Assembly (NCBI GenBank): GCA_965209085.1
Contig: OZ242376.1
Coordinates: forward strand, 576,001-640,000
Source: Nitrosopumilaceae archaeon
GTDB lineage: Archaea; Thermoproteota; Nitrososphaeria; Nitrososphaerales; Nitrosopumilaceae
Length of the DNA stretch: 64,000 nucleotides
Reading direction: 5' to 3'
In this document: positions 22,001 to 37,000 of the stretch, in pieces
Numbering within the stretch: position 1 is the first letter of the stretch
Layout: the number at the start of each line of letters is the position of its first letter
The notes under the pieces: model-generated
The model's input: only the letters and a program-made list of their open reading frames with translations
Told to the model about the DNA's origin: nothing
The model's database searches: none
Translations under genes and position numbers: made by a program

Positions 22001-25000
22001 CGGCAATAATGCATCAGTTATGGTAACAGTTGATGGAACCTTTGCCGATACTGCCAGCGTCACATTTTCGATTACCGTATACAACGAGGATAATTCCACA
22101 TTTAGAGTATTTACAAATACAGACCTGACTGGATCAAATATTGCCATAGATACAACTGCACCTAGTATAACATTAAACGGTGCAAACAACACCATTGTTA
22201 ACATGAATCAACCATATGAGGATCCAAACGCCACAGCATCTGATGCATCATATGCAACAGGTAGCGTACAGGTATCCGGAGCCGGCAATGTAGATACTAC
22301 AACAAATGCCATCTATACTCTCACTTATACTGCACCGGATGATCCTGCAGGTAATATTGGACCGGTCATAACACGGACTGTTACAGTACATGATGCACCG
22401 CCAATAAATGTTAACTCGCTGAGTATTGCAAGCAATTCTGGAAATAATTATGCAAATGAGAGCAAAACTGTAACCGTCACTCTTGTAACGGATGGTACAA
22501 ATCTTAACAGCCTTACTGGAGTCTTGCTTGGCAGATCATTTACAAATACTACAACCGGAGGCTCTGCTATGTTTACCGGTACAGTCCAGTCCGGCGATGA
22601 CGGAAATGCCACGTTTTCAATTACTGCTACAAACTCTAGTGGCAGCCAAATTTCAATAACAAATGCTGACATCACAGATGGCTCATATGTCACAATAGAT
22701 ACGATAAAACCCGTAATTAACCTGACTGGAGGCAATGATTTTGTACTCCAGGGTGAGACATATCAGGATCCGGGCACAACTGTATCAGATGATGGCAATG
22801 CATCATATGCCGGTCCAGTATCTGCCTCATCAATTGACACCTCTACACTTGGCGCAAAAACCATTACCTATACTGGCACAGCGGATGCGGCAGGTAACGA
22901 GCCGAATCAAATAACTAGAATAGTTACAGTATTGGCAAAACCTTTGGGTATAAATTCGCTGATAATTGAATCAAACAACAGTGTAAACACCTCTTTTGCC
23001 AAAGACGGGGATGTGATTACAGTAACGCTTGCTGTAAACGGCACGATTGGTAATGTTACAGGAGTAATTGCAGGCAATTCTGCTACATACAATGTCACCG
23101 GCAATAATGCATCAGCTACGGTAACAGTTGATGGAGCCTTTACTGATACTGTCAGCGTCACATTTTCGATTACCGCATACAACGAGGATAATTCCACATT
23201 TAGAACATTTACAAATACAGACCTGACTGGATCAAATATTGCCATAGATACAACTGCACCTAGTATAACATTAAACGGTGCAAACAATACTCTAGTTTTC
23301 ACAAATTCCACATATGTGGATAAAAACGCCACAGCATCTGATGCATCATATGCAACAGGTAGCGTACAGGTATCCGGAGCCGGCACTGTAAATACTGCAA
23401 CAGCTGGCAATTATACCCTCACTTATACTGCACCTGTTGATCCTGCAGGTAATATTGGACCTGTCATAACACGGACTGTTACAGTACAGAATGCACCGCC
23501 AATAAATGTTAACTCGCTGAGTATTGCAAGCAATTCTGGAAATAATTATGCAAATGCGGGCAAAACTGTAACCGTCACTCTTGTAACGGATGGTACAAAT
23601 CTTAACAGCCTTACTGGAGTCTTGCTTGGCAGATCATTTACAAATACTACAACCGGGGGCTCTGCTACGTTTACCGGTACAGTCCAGTCCGGCGATGATG
23701 GAAATGCCACGTTTTCAATTACTGCTACAAACTCTAGTGGCAACAAAATCACATTAACAAATAGTGATATCACAGATAGCTCATCTATCATAATAGATAC
23801 GATAAAACCCGTAATTAACCTGACTGGAGGCAATGATTCTGTACTCCAGGGTGAGACATATCAGGATCCGGGCACAACTGTATCAGATGATGGCAATGCA
23901 TCATATGCCGGTCCAGTATCTGCCTCATCAATTGACACCTCTACACTTGGCACAAAAACCATTACCTATACTGGCACAGCAGATGCGGCAGGTAACGAGC
24001 CGAATCAAATAACTAGAATAGTTACAGTATTTGCAAAACCTCTGGGTATAAATTCGCTGACAATTGAATCAAACAACAATGTAAACACCTCTTTTGCCAA
24101 AGACGGGGATGTGATTACAGTAACGCTTGTTGCAAACGGCACGATTGGTAATGCTACAGGGGTAATTGCAGGCAATTCTGCTACATACACTGTTACCGGC
24201 AATAATGCATCAGCTACGGTAACAGTTGATGGAACCTTTACTGATACTGCCAGCGTCACATTTTCGATTACCGTATACAACGAGGATAATTCCACATTTA
24301 GAACATTTACAAATACAAATCTGACCGGATCAAATATTGCCATAGATACAACTGCACCTAGTATAACATTAAACGGTGCAAACAACACCATTGTTATCAT
24401 GAATCAACCATATGAGGATCCAAACGCCACAGCATCTGATACATCATATGCAACAGGTAGCGTACAGGTATCCGGAGCTGGCAATGTAAATACTGCACTA
24501 GTTGGCAATTATACCCTCACCTATACTGCACCTGATGATTATGCAGGCAATACAGGACCTGTCATAACACGGACTGTTACAGTACAGGATGCACCGCCAA
24601 TAAATGTTAACTCGCTGAGTATTGCAAGCAATTCTGGAAATAATTATGCAAATGCGGGCAAAACCGTAACTGTCACTCTTGTAACGGATGGCACAAATCT
24701 TAACAGCCTTACTGGAGTCTTGCTTGACAGATCATTTACAAATACTACAACCGGAGGCTCTGCTACGTTTGCCGGTACAGTCCAGTCCGGCGATGATGGA
24801 AATGCCACGTTTTCAATTACCGTGACAAACTCTAGTGGCAGCCAAATTTCAATAACAAATGCAAACATCACAGACGGCTCATATGTCACAATAGATACGA
24901 TAAAACCCGTAATTGCCCTGACTGGAGGCAATGATTCTGTACTCCAGGGTGAGACATATCAGGATCCGGGCACAACTGTATCAGATATTAACAATGCATC

Positions 25001-28000
25001 ATATGCAGGTCCCGTATCTGCCACATCAATAAACACCACGATACTTGGCCCACAAAACATTACCTATACTGGCACAGCAGATGCGGCAGGTAACGAGCCG
25101 AATCAAATAACTAGAATAGTTACAGTATTTGCAAAACCTCTGGGTATAAATTCGCTGACAATTGAATCAAACAACAATGTAAACACCTCTTTTACCAAAG
25201 ACGGGGATGTGATTACAGTAACGCTTGTTGCAAACGGCACGATTGGTAATGCTACAGGAGTAATTGCAGGAGTAATTGCAAGCAATTCTGTTACATATGC
25301 TGTCACCAATAATACTGTATTGGCCACGGTAACAGTTGATGGAACCTTTGCCGATACTGCCAGCGTCACATTTTCGATTACCGCATTCAACGAGGATAAT
25401 TCCACATTTAGAACATTTACAAATGCAAATCTGACTGGATCAAATATTGCCATAGATACAACTGCACCTAGCATAACATTAAACGGTGCAAACAACACCT
25501 TCGTTGTAACAAATTCCTCCTATACGGATCTAGGTGCCACGGCAACTGATATATCATATGCAACAGGTAGCGTACAAGTATCCGGAGTCGGCACTGTAAA
25601 TATTGCAACATCTGGCAACTATATTCTCACTTATACTGCACCTGATGATCCTGCAGGAAATCCAGGTAACACCATATCCCGTACTGTGATTGTTTCGGAT
25701 GCGGCGCCGTTGGTGCTTGTAACTAAATTTATCCACTCTCCGAGTGGAACACTAACCCGTGGTACTGATTTTCCAACCAATATACCTCCTACTACCATCA
25801 ATCTGTTTGAAACAAGTGGTAAAACATATGCCTTGTTAGCGGAAGGATCTGGCGGAGCATGGATTATTGCAGACGTTACAAATCCTGCATCACCTAGTGT
25901 AGTATTTAATAATGCCAGTTTCACACCTACATACAAAACATCCATCTTTACAATAGATAATACCCAATATGCCATAGCTGCAGGCGGTATCGGCATTACT
26001 AGTATACTCGACATCAGCTCACCTGCATCCCCATCTGTTATTACAACACTTGTAAACGGCACAGACTATCCGCGACTATACAATGCACAAAGCGTTACAA
26101 CCGTAACAATAGGTGCCTCAACTTTTGCACTGTTTGCATCTGGCAATCCTACAAACGGCGTCCAAATCATAGACGTTACAAACCCCCACAGCCCATCACA
26201 TGTATCCTACCTTACCGATGATACGGATGGTTATTTGGAACTAGGAGGCGCATTTGACATTACCACTGTAATAATCGGTGCATCAGTTTATGCCTTGGTG
26301 GCATCCAATAATGATGATGGCGTCCAAATCATAGACATTACAGACCCATACAACCCATCAAATACATCAAGTGTAACAGATGGAATGGATGGCTATGATA
26401 AACTAGATGGTGCATATGGCATCACCACCGTAACTGTAGGATCATCAGTTTATGCCTTGGTGGCATCCTTTAATGATGATAGCATCCAAATCATAAACAT
26501 TACAGACCCATACAACCCATCAAATGCATCAAGCGTAACAGATGGAATAGATGGCTATGATGAACTAGATGGTCCATATAGGATCACCACCGTAACTGTA
26601 GGATCATCAGTTTATGCTTTGACAGTATCCATTATTGATGATGGCGTCCAAATCATAGACATTACAGACCCATACAACCCCCAACCTGCATATTCTCCCA
26701 CGGATAATACTGGCGGTTATGTAAATCTGGATAACCCAAGAGATGTCATTACTACAACCATAAATGGCACAACATATGCATTTATAGCCTCAAATAATGA
26801 CGGTCTCCAAATCATAAAACTGGAATCTGCACCACTGACTATATCTAGTAGCAATACAAATCCAACATATGCCAAAACAGGTGATACACTCACCGTACAA
26901 TTTACCGTAAATGACACAATCTCATCTAATTCAAGCCAAATACTGGGATTAACCCCCACCGTATCCATAAGCGGTGCCGATTTTAGTGCAGCAATAACTG
27001 TACCCTCTGTACAAACAGAATCGTATGCAACCTTTGCAATACAGGTTTCAAACACTAATGGTGCAACCCTGTCTGTAACAGAGAGTGGCATATCGCAGAG
27101 TAGCAATATATTCATCGATACAATCGCACCTGAAATATCCCTCATCGGCAACTCATCTTTTACGGTAATTTTGAATTCAACTGATCCGTTCATCCCTGGT
27201 GCAATCATAACTGATGGGGACCCAAACTATCCGGATACCTTTACTATCACAATCAACGGCACTTTGGACACTGGCGTGATAAACTCTACAGTAACGTATA
27301 CGTATACTGCAGCTACTGATGGGGCAGGAAATGCCGGTTCTAGTGTAACACGAACAGTTACAGTGGTTGAGGCTGAACCAATTACAATCAACTCGCTGAC
27401 TATTGCAAGCTCATCAGGCACCAATTATGCAAATGCAGGCAAAACCATAACTGTCACACTTGCCACTGATGGTTCGGATCTTGGCAACTTTACTGGAACA
27501 CTGCTTGGTAGATCATTTACAAATACTACAAACGGCGGCTCTGCTGAATTTACTGCCACTGTCGTATCCGGCGATGATGGAGATGCCGCGTTTTCAATTA
27601 CCGTGACAAACTCTAGTGGCAACCAAATTTCAATAACAAATGCAAACATCACAGACAGCTCATCTGTCACAATAGATACGATAAAACCCGTAATTGTTTT
27701 GACTGGCGGTGTAGGTTCTGTATTCCAGGGTGAGACATATCAGGATCCGGGCACAACTGTATCAGATGGTAACAATACATCATATGCCGGTTCTGTATCT
27801 GCCTCATCAATTAACACCTCTACACTTGGTGTAAAAATCATTACCTATACTGGCACAGCAGATGCGGCAGGTAACGAGCCGGATCAAATAACTAGAATAG
27901 TTACAGTATTGGCAAAACCTCTGGGTATAAATTCGCTGACAATTGAATCAAACAACAATGTAAACACCTCTTTTGCCAAAGACGGGGATGTGATTACAGT

Positions 28001-31000
28001 AACGCTTGTTGCAAACGGCACGATTGATTATGCAATAGGAACAATTGCCAGCAATTCTGCTACATACACTGTCACCGGCAATAATGCATCAGTTATGGTA
28101 ACAGTTGATGGAACCTTTACCGATACTGCCAGCGTCACATTTTCGATTACCGTATACAACGAGGATAATTCCACATTTAGAGTATTTACAAATACAGACC
28201 TGACTGGATCAAATATTGCCATAGATACAACTGCACCTAGTATAACATTAAACGGTGCAAACAACACCATTGTTAACATGAATCAACCATATGAGGATCC
28301 AAACGCCACAGCATCTGATGCATCATATGCAACAGGTAGCGTACAGGTATCCGGAGCCGGCAATGTAGATACTACAACAAATGCCATCTATACTCTCACT
28401 TATACTGCACCTGATGATCCTGCAGGTAATATTGGACCGGTCATAACACGGACTGTTACAGTGCATGATGCACCGCCAATAAATGTTAACTCGCTGAGTA
28501 TTGCAAGCAATTCTGGAAATAATTATGCAAATGAGAGCAAAACTGTAACCGTCACTCTTGTAACGGATGGTACAAATCTTAACAGCCTTACTGGAGTCTT
28601 GCTTGGCAGATCATTTACAAATACTACAACCGGGGGCTCTGCTACGTTTACCGGTACAGTCCAGTCCGGCGATGACGGAAATGCCACGTTTTCAATTACT
28701 GCTACAAACTCTAGTGGCAGCCAAATTTCAATAACAAATGCTGACATCACAGATGGCTCATATGTCACAATAGATACGATAAAACCCGTAATTAACCTGA
28801 CTGGAGGCAATGATTTTGTACTCCAGGGTGAGACATATCAGGATCCGGGCACAACTGTATCAGATGATGGCAATGCATCATATGCCGGTCCAGTATCTGC
28901 CTCATCAATTGACACCTCTACACTTGGCGCAAAAACCATTACCTATACTGGCACAGCGGATGCGGCAGGTAACGAGCCGAATCAAATAACTAGAATAGTT
29001 ACAGTATTGGCAAAACCTTTGGGTATAAATTCGCTGACAATTGAATCAAATAACAATGTAAACACCTCTTTTGCCAAAGACGGGGATGTGATTACAGTAA
29101 CGCTTGCTGTAAACGGCACGATTGGTAATGTTACAGGAGTAATTGCAGGCAATTCTGCTACATACAATGTCACTGGCAATAATGCATCAGCTACGGTAAC
29201 AGTTGATGGAGCCTTTACTGATACTGTCAGCGTCACATTTTCGATTACCGCATACAACGAGGATAATTCCACATTTAGAACATTTACAAATACAGACCTG
29301 ACTGGATCAAATATTGCCATAGATACAACTGCACCTAGTATAACATTAAACGGTGCAAACAATACTCTAGTTTTCACAAATTCCACATATGTGGATAAAA
29401 ACGCCACAGCATCTGATGCATCATATGCAACAGGTAGCGTACAGGTATCCGGAGCCGGCACTGTAAATACTGCAACAGCTGGCAATTATACCCTCACTTA
29501 TACTGCACCTGTTGATCCTGCAGGTAATATTGGACCTGTCATAACACGGACTGTTACAGTACAGAATGCACCGCCAATAAATGTTAACTCGCTGAGTATT
29601 GCAAGCAATTCTGGAAATAATTATGCAAATGCGGGCAAAACTGTAACCGTCACTCTTGTAACGGATGGTACAAATCTTAACAGCCTTACTGGAGTCTTGC
29701 TTGGCAGATCATTTACAAATACTACAACCGGGGGCTCTGCTACGTTTACCGGTACAGTCCAGTCCGGCGATGATGGAAATGCCACGTTTTCAATTACTGC
29801 TACAAACTCTAGTGGCAACAAAATCACATTAACAAATAGTGATATCACAGATAGCTCATCTATCATAATAGATACGATAAAACCCGTAATTAACCTGACT
29901 GGAGGCAATGATTCTGTACTCCAGGGTGAGACATATCAGGATCCGGGCACAACTGTATCAGATGATGGCAATGCATCATATGCCGGTCCAGTATCTGCCT
30001 CATCAATTGACACCTCTACACTTGGCACAAAAACCATTACCTATACTGGCACAGCAGATGCGGCAGGTAACGAGCCGAATCAAATAACTAGAATAGTTAC
30101 AGTATTTGCAAAACCTCTGGGTATAAATTCGCTGACAATTGAATCAAACAACAATGTAAACACCTCTTTTGCCAAAGACGGGGATGTGATTACAGTAACG
30201 CTTGTTGCAAACGGCACGATTGGTAATGTTACAGGGGTAATTGTAGGCAATTCTGCTACATACACTGTCACCGGCAATAATGCATCAGCTACGGTAACAG
30301 TTGATGGAACCTTTGCCGATACTGCCAGCGTCACATTTTCGATTAACGCATCCAACGCGGATAATCTTGCATATAAAATATTTACAGATACAAATCTGAC
30401 TGGATCAAATATTGCCATAGATACAACTGCACCTAGTATAACATTAAACGGTGCAAACAACACCATTGTTTTCACAAATTCCACATATGTGGATAAAAAC
30501 GCCACAGCATCTGATACATCATATGCAACAGGTAGCGTACAGGTATCCGGAGTCGGCAATGTAAATATTGCAACATCTGGCAACTATATTCTCACTTATA
30601 CTGCACCTGATGATCCTGCAGGAAATCCAGGTAACACCATATCCCGTACTGTGATTGTTTCGGATGTGGCGCCGTTGATGCTTGAAACTAAATTTATCCA
30701 CTCTCCGAGTGGAACACTAACAAGAGATACTGATTTTGCATTCAATATAATTACTAGAAGCATCAATCTGTTTGAAACAAGTGATAAAACATATGCTTTG
30801 TTAACGCGAGGATCTACCGGAGCATGGATTATTGCAGACGTTACAAATCCTGCATTACCTAGTATAGTATTTAGTAATATCTCTTTCGCATCTGCATACA
30901 AAACATCCATCATTACAATAGATAATACCACATATGCCATAGCTGCAGGTGGTAAAGATTCTACTCGTATAATCGACATCAGCTCACCTGCATCCCCCTC

Positions 31001-34000
31001 TGTTATTGCAACACTTGTAAACGGCACAGACTATCCGCGACTATACAATGCACAAAGCGTTACAACCGTAACAATAGGTGCCTCAACTTTTGCACTGTTT
31101 GCATCGGACCATCCTTCAAACGGCGTCCAAATCATAAACGTTACAAACCCTCACAACCCCTTACCTGTATCACACATCACCGATAATGTGGATGGTTATT
31201 CGAAACTAGCAGGCGCACATGACATCACCACTGTAACAATCGGTACATCAGTTTATGCCTTGGCGGTAGGCTTTTCGGATTCTAGCGTCCAAATCATAAA
31301 CATTACAGACCCATACAACCCATCAAATGCATCAAGCGTAACAGACGGAAATGAAGGCTATGATACACTATATGGTCCAATTAGCATCACCACCGTAACT
31401 GTAGGATCATCCGTTTATGCCTTGGTGGCATCCCTTTATGATGATGGCGTCCAAATCATAAACATTACAGACCCATACAACCCATCAAATGCATCAAGCG
31501 TAACAGACGGAAATGAAGGCTATGATACACTAGATGCTCCATATAGCATCACCACCGTAACTGTAGGATCATCCGTTTATGCCTTGGTGGCATCCCTTTA
31601 TGATGATGGCGTCCAAATCATAAACATTACAGACCCATACAACCCCAAACCTGCATCTTCCATCGTGGATAATACTGGCGGTTATACAAATCTAGAAAAC
31701 CCAAGAGCTGTTATTACTGCAACCATAAATGGCACAACATATGCATTTATAGCCTCAAATGCTGAGGGTCTCCAAATCATAAAACTGGAATCACCACCAC
31801 CGGTTAACATAACTAGCAACAATACAAATCCAGCATATGCAAAAACAGGCGATACACTCACCGTACAATTTACCATAAATGACACAATCTCATCTCATAC
31901 AAGCCAAATACTGGGATTAACCCCTAATGTAGCCCTAGATGGTGCCAATTATAGTGCCACATTAACCGTACCCTCTGTACAAACAGAATCGTATGCAACC
32001 TTTGCCATACAGGTTTCAAACGCTGATGGTGCAACCCTGTCTGTAACAGAGAGTATCATATCGCAGAGCAATAACATATTCATCGATACAATCGCACCTG
32101 AAATATCCCTCATCGGCAACTCATCTTTTACGGTAATTTTGAATTCAACTGATCCGTTCATCCCTGGTGCAATCATAACTGATGGGGACCCAAACTATCC
32201 GAATACCTTTACTATCACAATCAACGGCACTTTGGATACTAGCGTGATAAACTCTACAGTAACGTACACGTATACTGCTGCAGCAGATGGGGCAGGGAAT
32301 GCCGGTTCTAGTGTAACACGAACAGTTACAGTGGTTGAGGCTGAACCAATTACAATCAACTCGCTGACTATTGCAAGCTCGTCAGGCACCAATTATGCAA
32401 ATGCAAACAAAACCATAACCGTCACACTTGCCACTGATGGTTCGGATCTTGGCAACTTTACTGGAACACTGCTTGGCAGATCATTTACAAATACTACAAA
32501 CGGCGGCTCTGCTGAATTTACTGCCACTGTCGTATCCGGCGATGATGGAGATGCCACGTTTTCAATTACCGTGACAAACTCTAGTGGCAGCCAAATTTCA
32601 ATAACAAATGCAAACATCACAGACGGCTCATATGTCACAATAGATACGATAAAACCCGTAATTGCCCTGACTGGAGGCAATGATTCTGTACTCCAGGGTG
32701 AGACATATCAGGATCCGGGCACCATAGTATCAGATAGTAACAATGCATCATATGCCGGTCCAGTATCTGCCTCATCAATTGACACCTCTACACTTGGCGC
32801 AAAAACCATTACCTATACTGGCACAGCAGATGCGGCAGGTAACGAACCGAATCAAATAACTAGAACAGTTACAGTATTGGCAAAACCGCTGGGTCTGAAT
32901 TCGCTGACAATTGAATCAAACAACAATGTAAACACCTCTTTTGCCAAAGACGGGGATGTGATTACAGTAACGCTTGTTGCAAACGGCACGATTGGTAATG
33001 CTACAGGGGTAATTGCAGGCAATTCTGCTACATACACTGTCACCGGCAATAATGCATCAGATACGGTAACAGTTGATGGAACCTTTACTGATACTGCCAG
33101 CGTCACATTTTCGATTACCGTATACAACGAGGATAATTCCACATTTAGAACATTTACAAATACAAATCTGACCGGATCAAATATTGCCATAGATACAACT
33201 GCACCTAGTATAACATTAAACGGTGCAAACAACACCATTGTTATCATGAATCAACCATATGAGGATCCAAACGCCACAGCATCTGATACATCATATGCAA
33301 CAGGTAGCGTACAGGTATCCGGAGCTGGCAATGTAAATACTGCACTAGTTGGCAATTATACCCTCACCTATACTGCACCTGATGATTATGCAGGCAATAC
33401 AGGACCTGTCATAACACGGACTGTTACAGTACAGGATGCACCGCCAATAAATGTTAACTCGCTGAGTATTGCAAGCAATTCTGGAAATAATTATGCAAAT
33501 GCGGGCAAAACCGTAACTGTCACTCTTGTAACGGATGGCACAAATCTTAACAGCCTTACTGGAGTCTTGCTTGACAGATCATTTACAAATACTACAACCG
33601 GAGGCTCTGCTACGTTTGCCGGTACAGTCCAGTCCGGCGATGATGGAAATGCCACGTTTTCAATTACCGTGACAAACTCTAGTGGCAGCCAAATTTCAAT
33701 AACAAATGCAAACATCACAGACGGCTCATATGTCACAATAGATACGATAAAACCCGTAATTGCCCTGACTGGAGGCAATGATTCTGTACTCCAGGGTGAG
33801 ACATATCAGGATCCGGGCACAACTGTATCAGATATTAACAATGCATCATATGCAGGTCCCGTATCTGCCACATCAATAAACACCACGATACTTGGCCCAC
33901 AAAACATTACCTATACTGGCACAGCAGATGCGGCAGGTAACGAGCCGAATCAAATAACTAGAATAGTTACAGTATTTGCAAAACCTCTGGGTATAAATTC

Positions 34001-37000
34001 GCTGACAATTGAATCAAACAACAATGTAAACACCTCTTTTACCAAAGACGGGGATGTGATTACAGTAACGCTTGTTGCAAACGGCACGATTGGTAATGCT
34101 ACAGGAGTAATTGCAGGAGTAATTGCAAGCAATTCTGTTACATATGCTGTCACCAATAATACTGTATTGGCCACGGTAACAGTTGATGGAACCTTTGCCG
34201 ATACTGCCAGCGTCACATTTTCGATTACCGCATTCAACGAGGATAATTCCACATTTAGAACATTTACAAATGCAAATCTGACTGGATCAAATATTGCCAT
34301 AGATACAACTGCACCTAGCATAACATTAAACGGTGCAAACAACACCTTCGTTGTAACAAATTCCTCCTATACGGATCTAGGTGCCACGGCAACTGATATA
34401 TCATATGCAACAGGTAGCGTACAAGTATCCGGAGTCGGCACTGTAAATATTGCAACATCTGGCAACTATATTCTCACTTATACTGCACCTGATGATCCTG
34501 CAGGAAATCCAGGTAACACCATATCCCGTACTGTGATTGTTTCGGATGCGGCGCCGTTGGTGCTTGTAACTAAATTTATCCACTCTCCGAGTGGAACACT
34601 AACCCGTGGTACTGATTTTCCAACCAATATACCTCCTACTACCATCAATCTGTTTGAAACAAGTGGTAAAACATATGCCTTGTTAGCGGAAGGATCTGGC
34701 GGAGCATGGATTATTGCAGACGTTACAAATCCTGCATCACCTAGTGTAGTATTTAATAATGCCAGTTTCACACCTACATACAAAACATCCATCTTTACAA
34801 TAGATAATACCCAATATGCCATAGCTGCAGGCGGTATCGGCATTACTAGTATACTCGACATCAGCTCACCTGCATCCCCATCTGTTATTACAACACTTGT
34901 AAACGGCACAGACTATCCGCGACTATACAATGCACAAAGCGTTACAACCGTAACAATAGGTGCCTCAACTTTTGCACTGTTTGCATCTGGCAATCCTACA
35001 AACGGCGTCCAAATCATAGACGTTACAAACCCCCACAGCCCATCACATGTATCCTACCTTACCGATGATACGGATGGTTATTTGGAACTAGGAGGCGCAT
35101 TTGACATTACCACTGTAATAATCGGTGCATCAGTTTATGCCTTGGTGGCATCCAATAATGATGATGGCGTCCAAATCATAGACATTACAGACCCATACAA
35201 CCCATCAAATACATCAAGTGTAACAGATGGAATGGATGGCTATGATAAACTAGATGGTGCATATGGCATCACCACCGTAACTGTAGGATCATCAGTTTAT
35301 GCCTTGGTGGCATCCTTTAATGATGATAGCATCCAAATCATAAACATTACAGACCCATACAACCCATCAAATGCATCAAGCGTAACAGATGGAATAGATG
35401 GCTATGATGAACTAGATGGTCCATATAGGATCACCACCGTAACTGTAGGATCATCAGTTTATGCTTTGACAGTATCCATTATTGATGATGGCGTCCAAAT
35501 CATAGACATTACAGACCCATACAACCCCCAACCTGCATATTCTCCCACGGATAATACTGGCGGTTATGTAAATCTGGATAACCCAAGAGATGTCATTACT
35601 ACAACCATAAATGGCACAACATATGCATTTATAGCCTCAAATAATGACGGTCTCCAAATCATAAAACTGGAATCTGCACCACTGACTATATCTAGTAGCA
35701 ATACAAATCCAACATATGCCAAAACAGGTGATACACTCACCGTACAATTTACCGTAAATGACACAATCTCATCTAATTCAAGCCAAATACTGGGATTAAC
35801 CCCCACCGTATCCATAAGCGGTGCCGATTTTAGTGCAGCAATAACTGTACCCTCTGTACAAACAGAATCGTATGCAACCTTTGCAATACAGGTTTCAAAC
35901 ACTAATGGTGCAACCCTGTCTGTAACAGAGAGTGGCATATCGCAGAGTAGCAATATATTCATCGATACAATCGCACCTGAAATATCCCTCATCGGCAACT
36001 CATCTTTTACGGTAATTTTGAATTCAACTGATCCGTTCATCCCTGGTGCAATCATAACTGATGGGGACCCAAACTATCCGGATACCTTTACTATCACAAT
36101 CAACGGCACTTTGGACACTGGCGTGATAAACTCTACAGTAACGTATACGTATACTGCAGCTACTGATGGGGCAGGAAATGCCGGTTCTAGTGTAACACGA
36201 ACAGTTACAGTGGTTGAGGCTGAACCAATTACAATCAACTCGCTGACTATTGCAAGCTCATCAGGCACCAATTATGCAAATGCAGGCAAAACCATAACTG
36301 TCACACTTGCCACTGATGGTTCGGATCTTGGCAACTTTACTGGAACACTGCTTGGTAGATCATTTACAAATACTACAAACGGCGGCTCTGCTGAATTTAC
36401 TGCCACTGTCGTATCCGGCGATGATGGAGATGCCGCGTTTTCAATTACCGTGACAAACTCTAGTGGCAACCAAATTTCAATAACAAATGCAAACATCACA
36501 GACAGCTCATCTGTCACAATAGATACGATAAAACCCGTAATTGTTTTGACTGGCGGTGTAGGTTCTGTATTCCAGGGTGAGACATATCAGGATCCGGGCA
36601 CAACTGTATCAGATGGTAACAATACATCATATGCCGGTTCTGTATCTGCCTCATCAATTAACACCTCTACACTTGGTGTAAAAATCATTACCTATACTGG
36701 CACAGCAGATGCGGCAGGTAACGAGCCGGATCAAATAACTAGAATAGTTACAGTATTGGCAAAACCTCTGGGTATAAATTCGCTGACAATTGAATCAAAC
36801 AACAATGTAAACACCTCTTTTGCCAAAGACGGGGATGTGATTACAGTAACGCTTGTTGCAAACGGCACGATTGATTATGCAATAGGAACAATTGCCAGCA
36901 ATTCTGCTACATACACTGTCACCGGCAATAATGCATCAGTTATGGTAACAGTTGATGGAACCTTTACCGATACTGCCAGCGTCACATTTTCGATTACCGT

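Noticed and set aside
19635-31790. Diversity-generating retroelement (TR/VR pair) as the source of P2/P3 variation
   Set aside because: Differences are not confined to adenines (e.g. CCAACC vs GCATTC, CCTCCTACTACC vs ATTACTAGAAGC), both copies are coding, and no reverse transcriptase is in the window.
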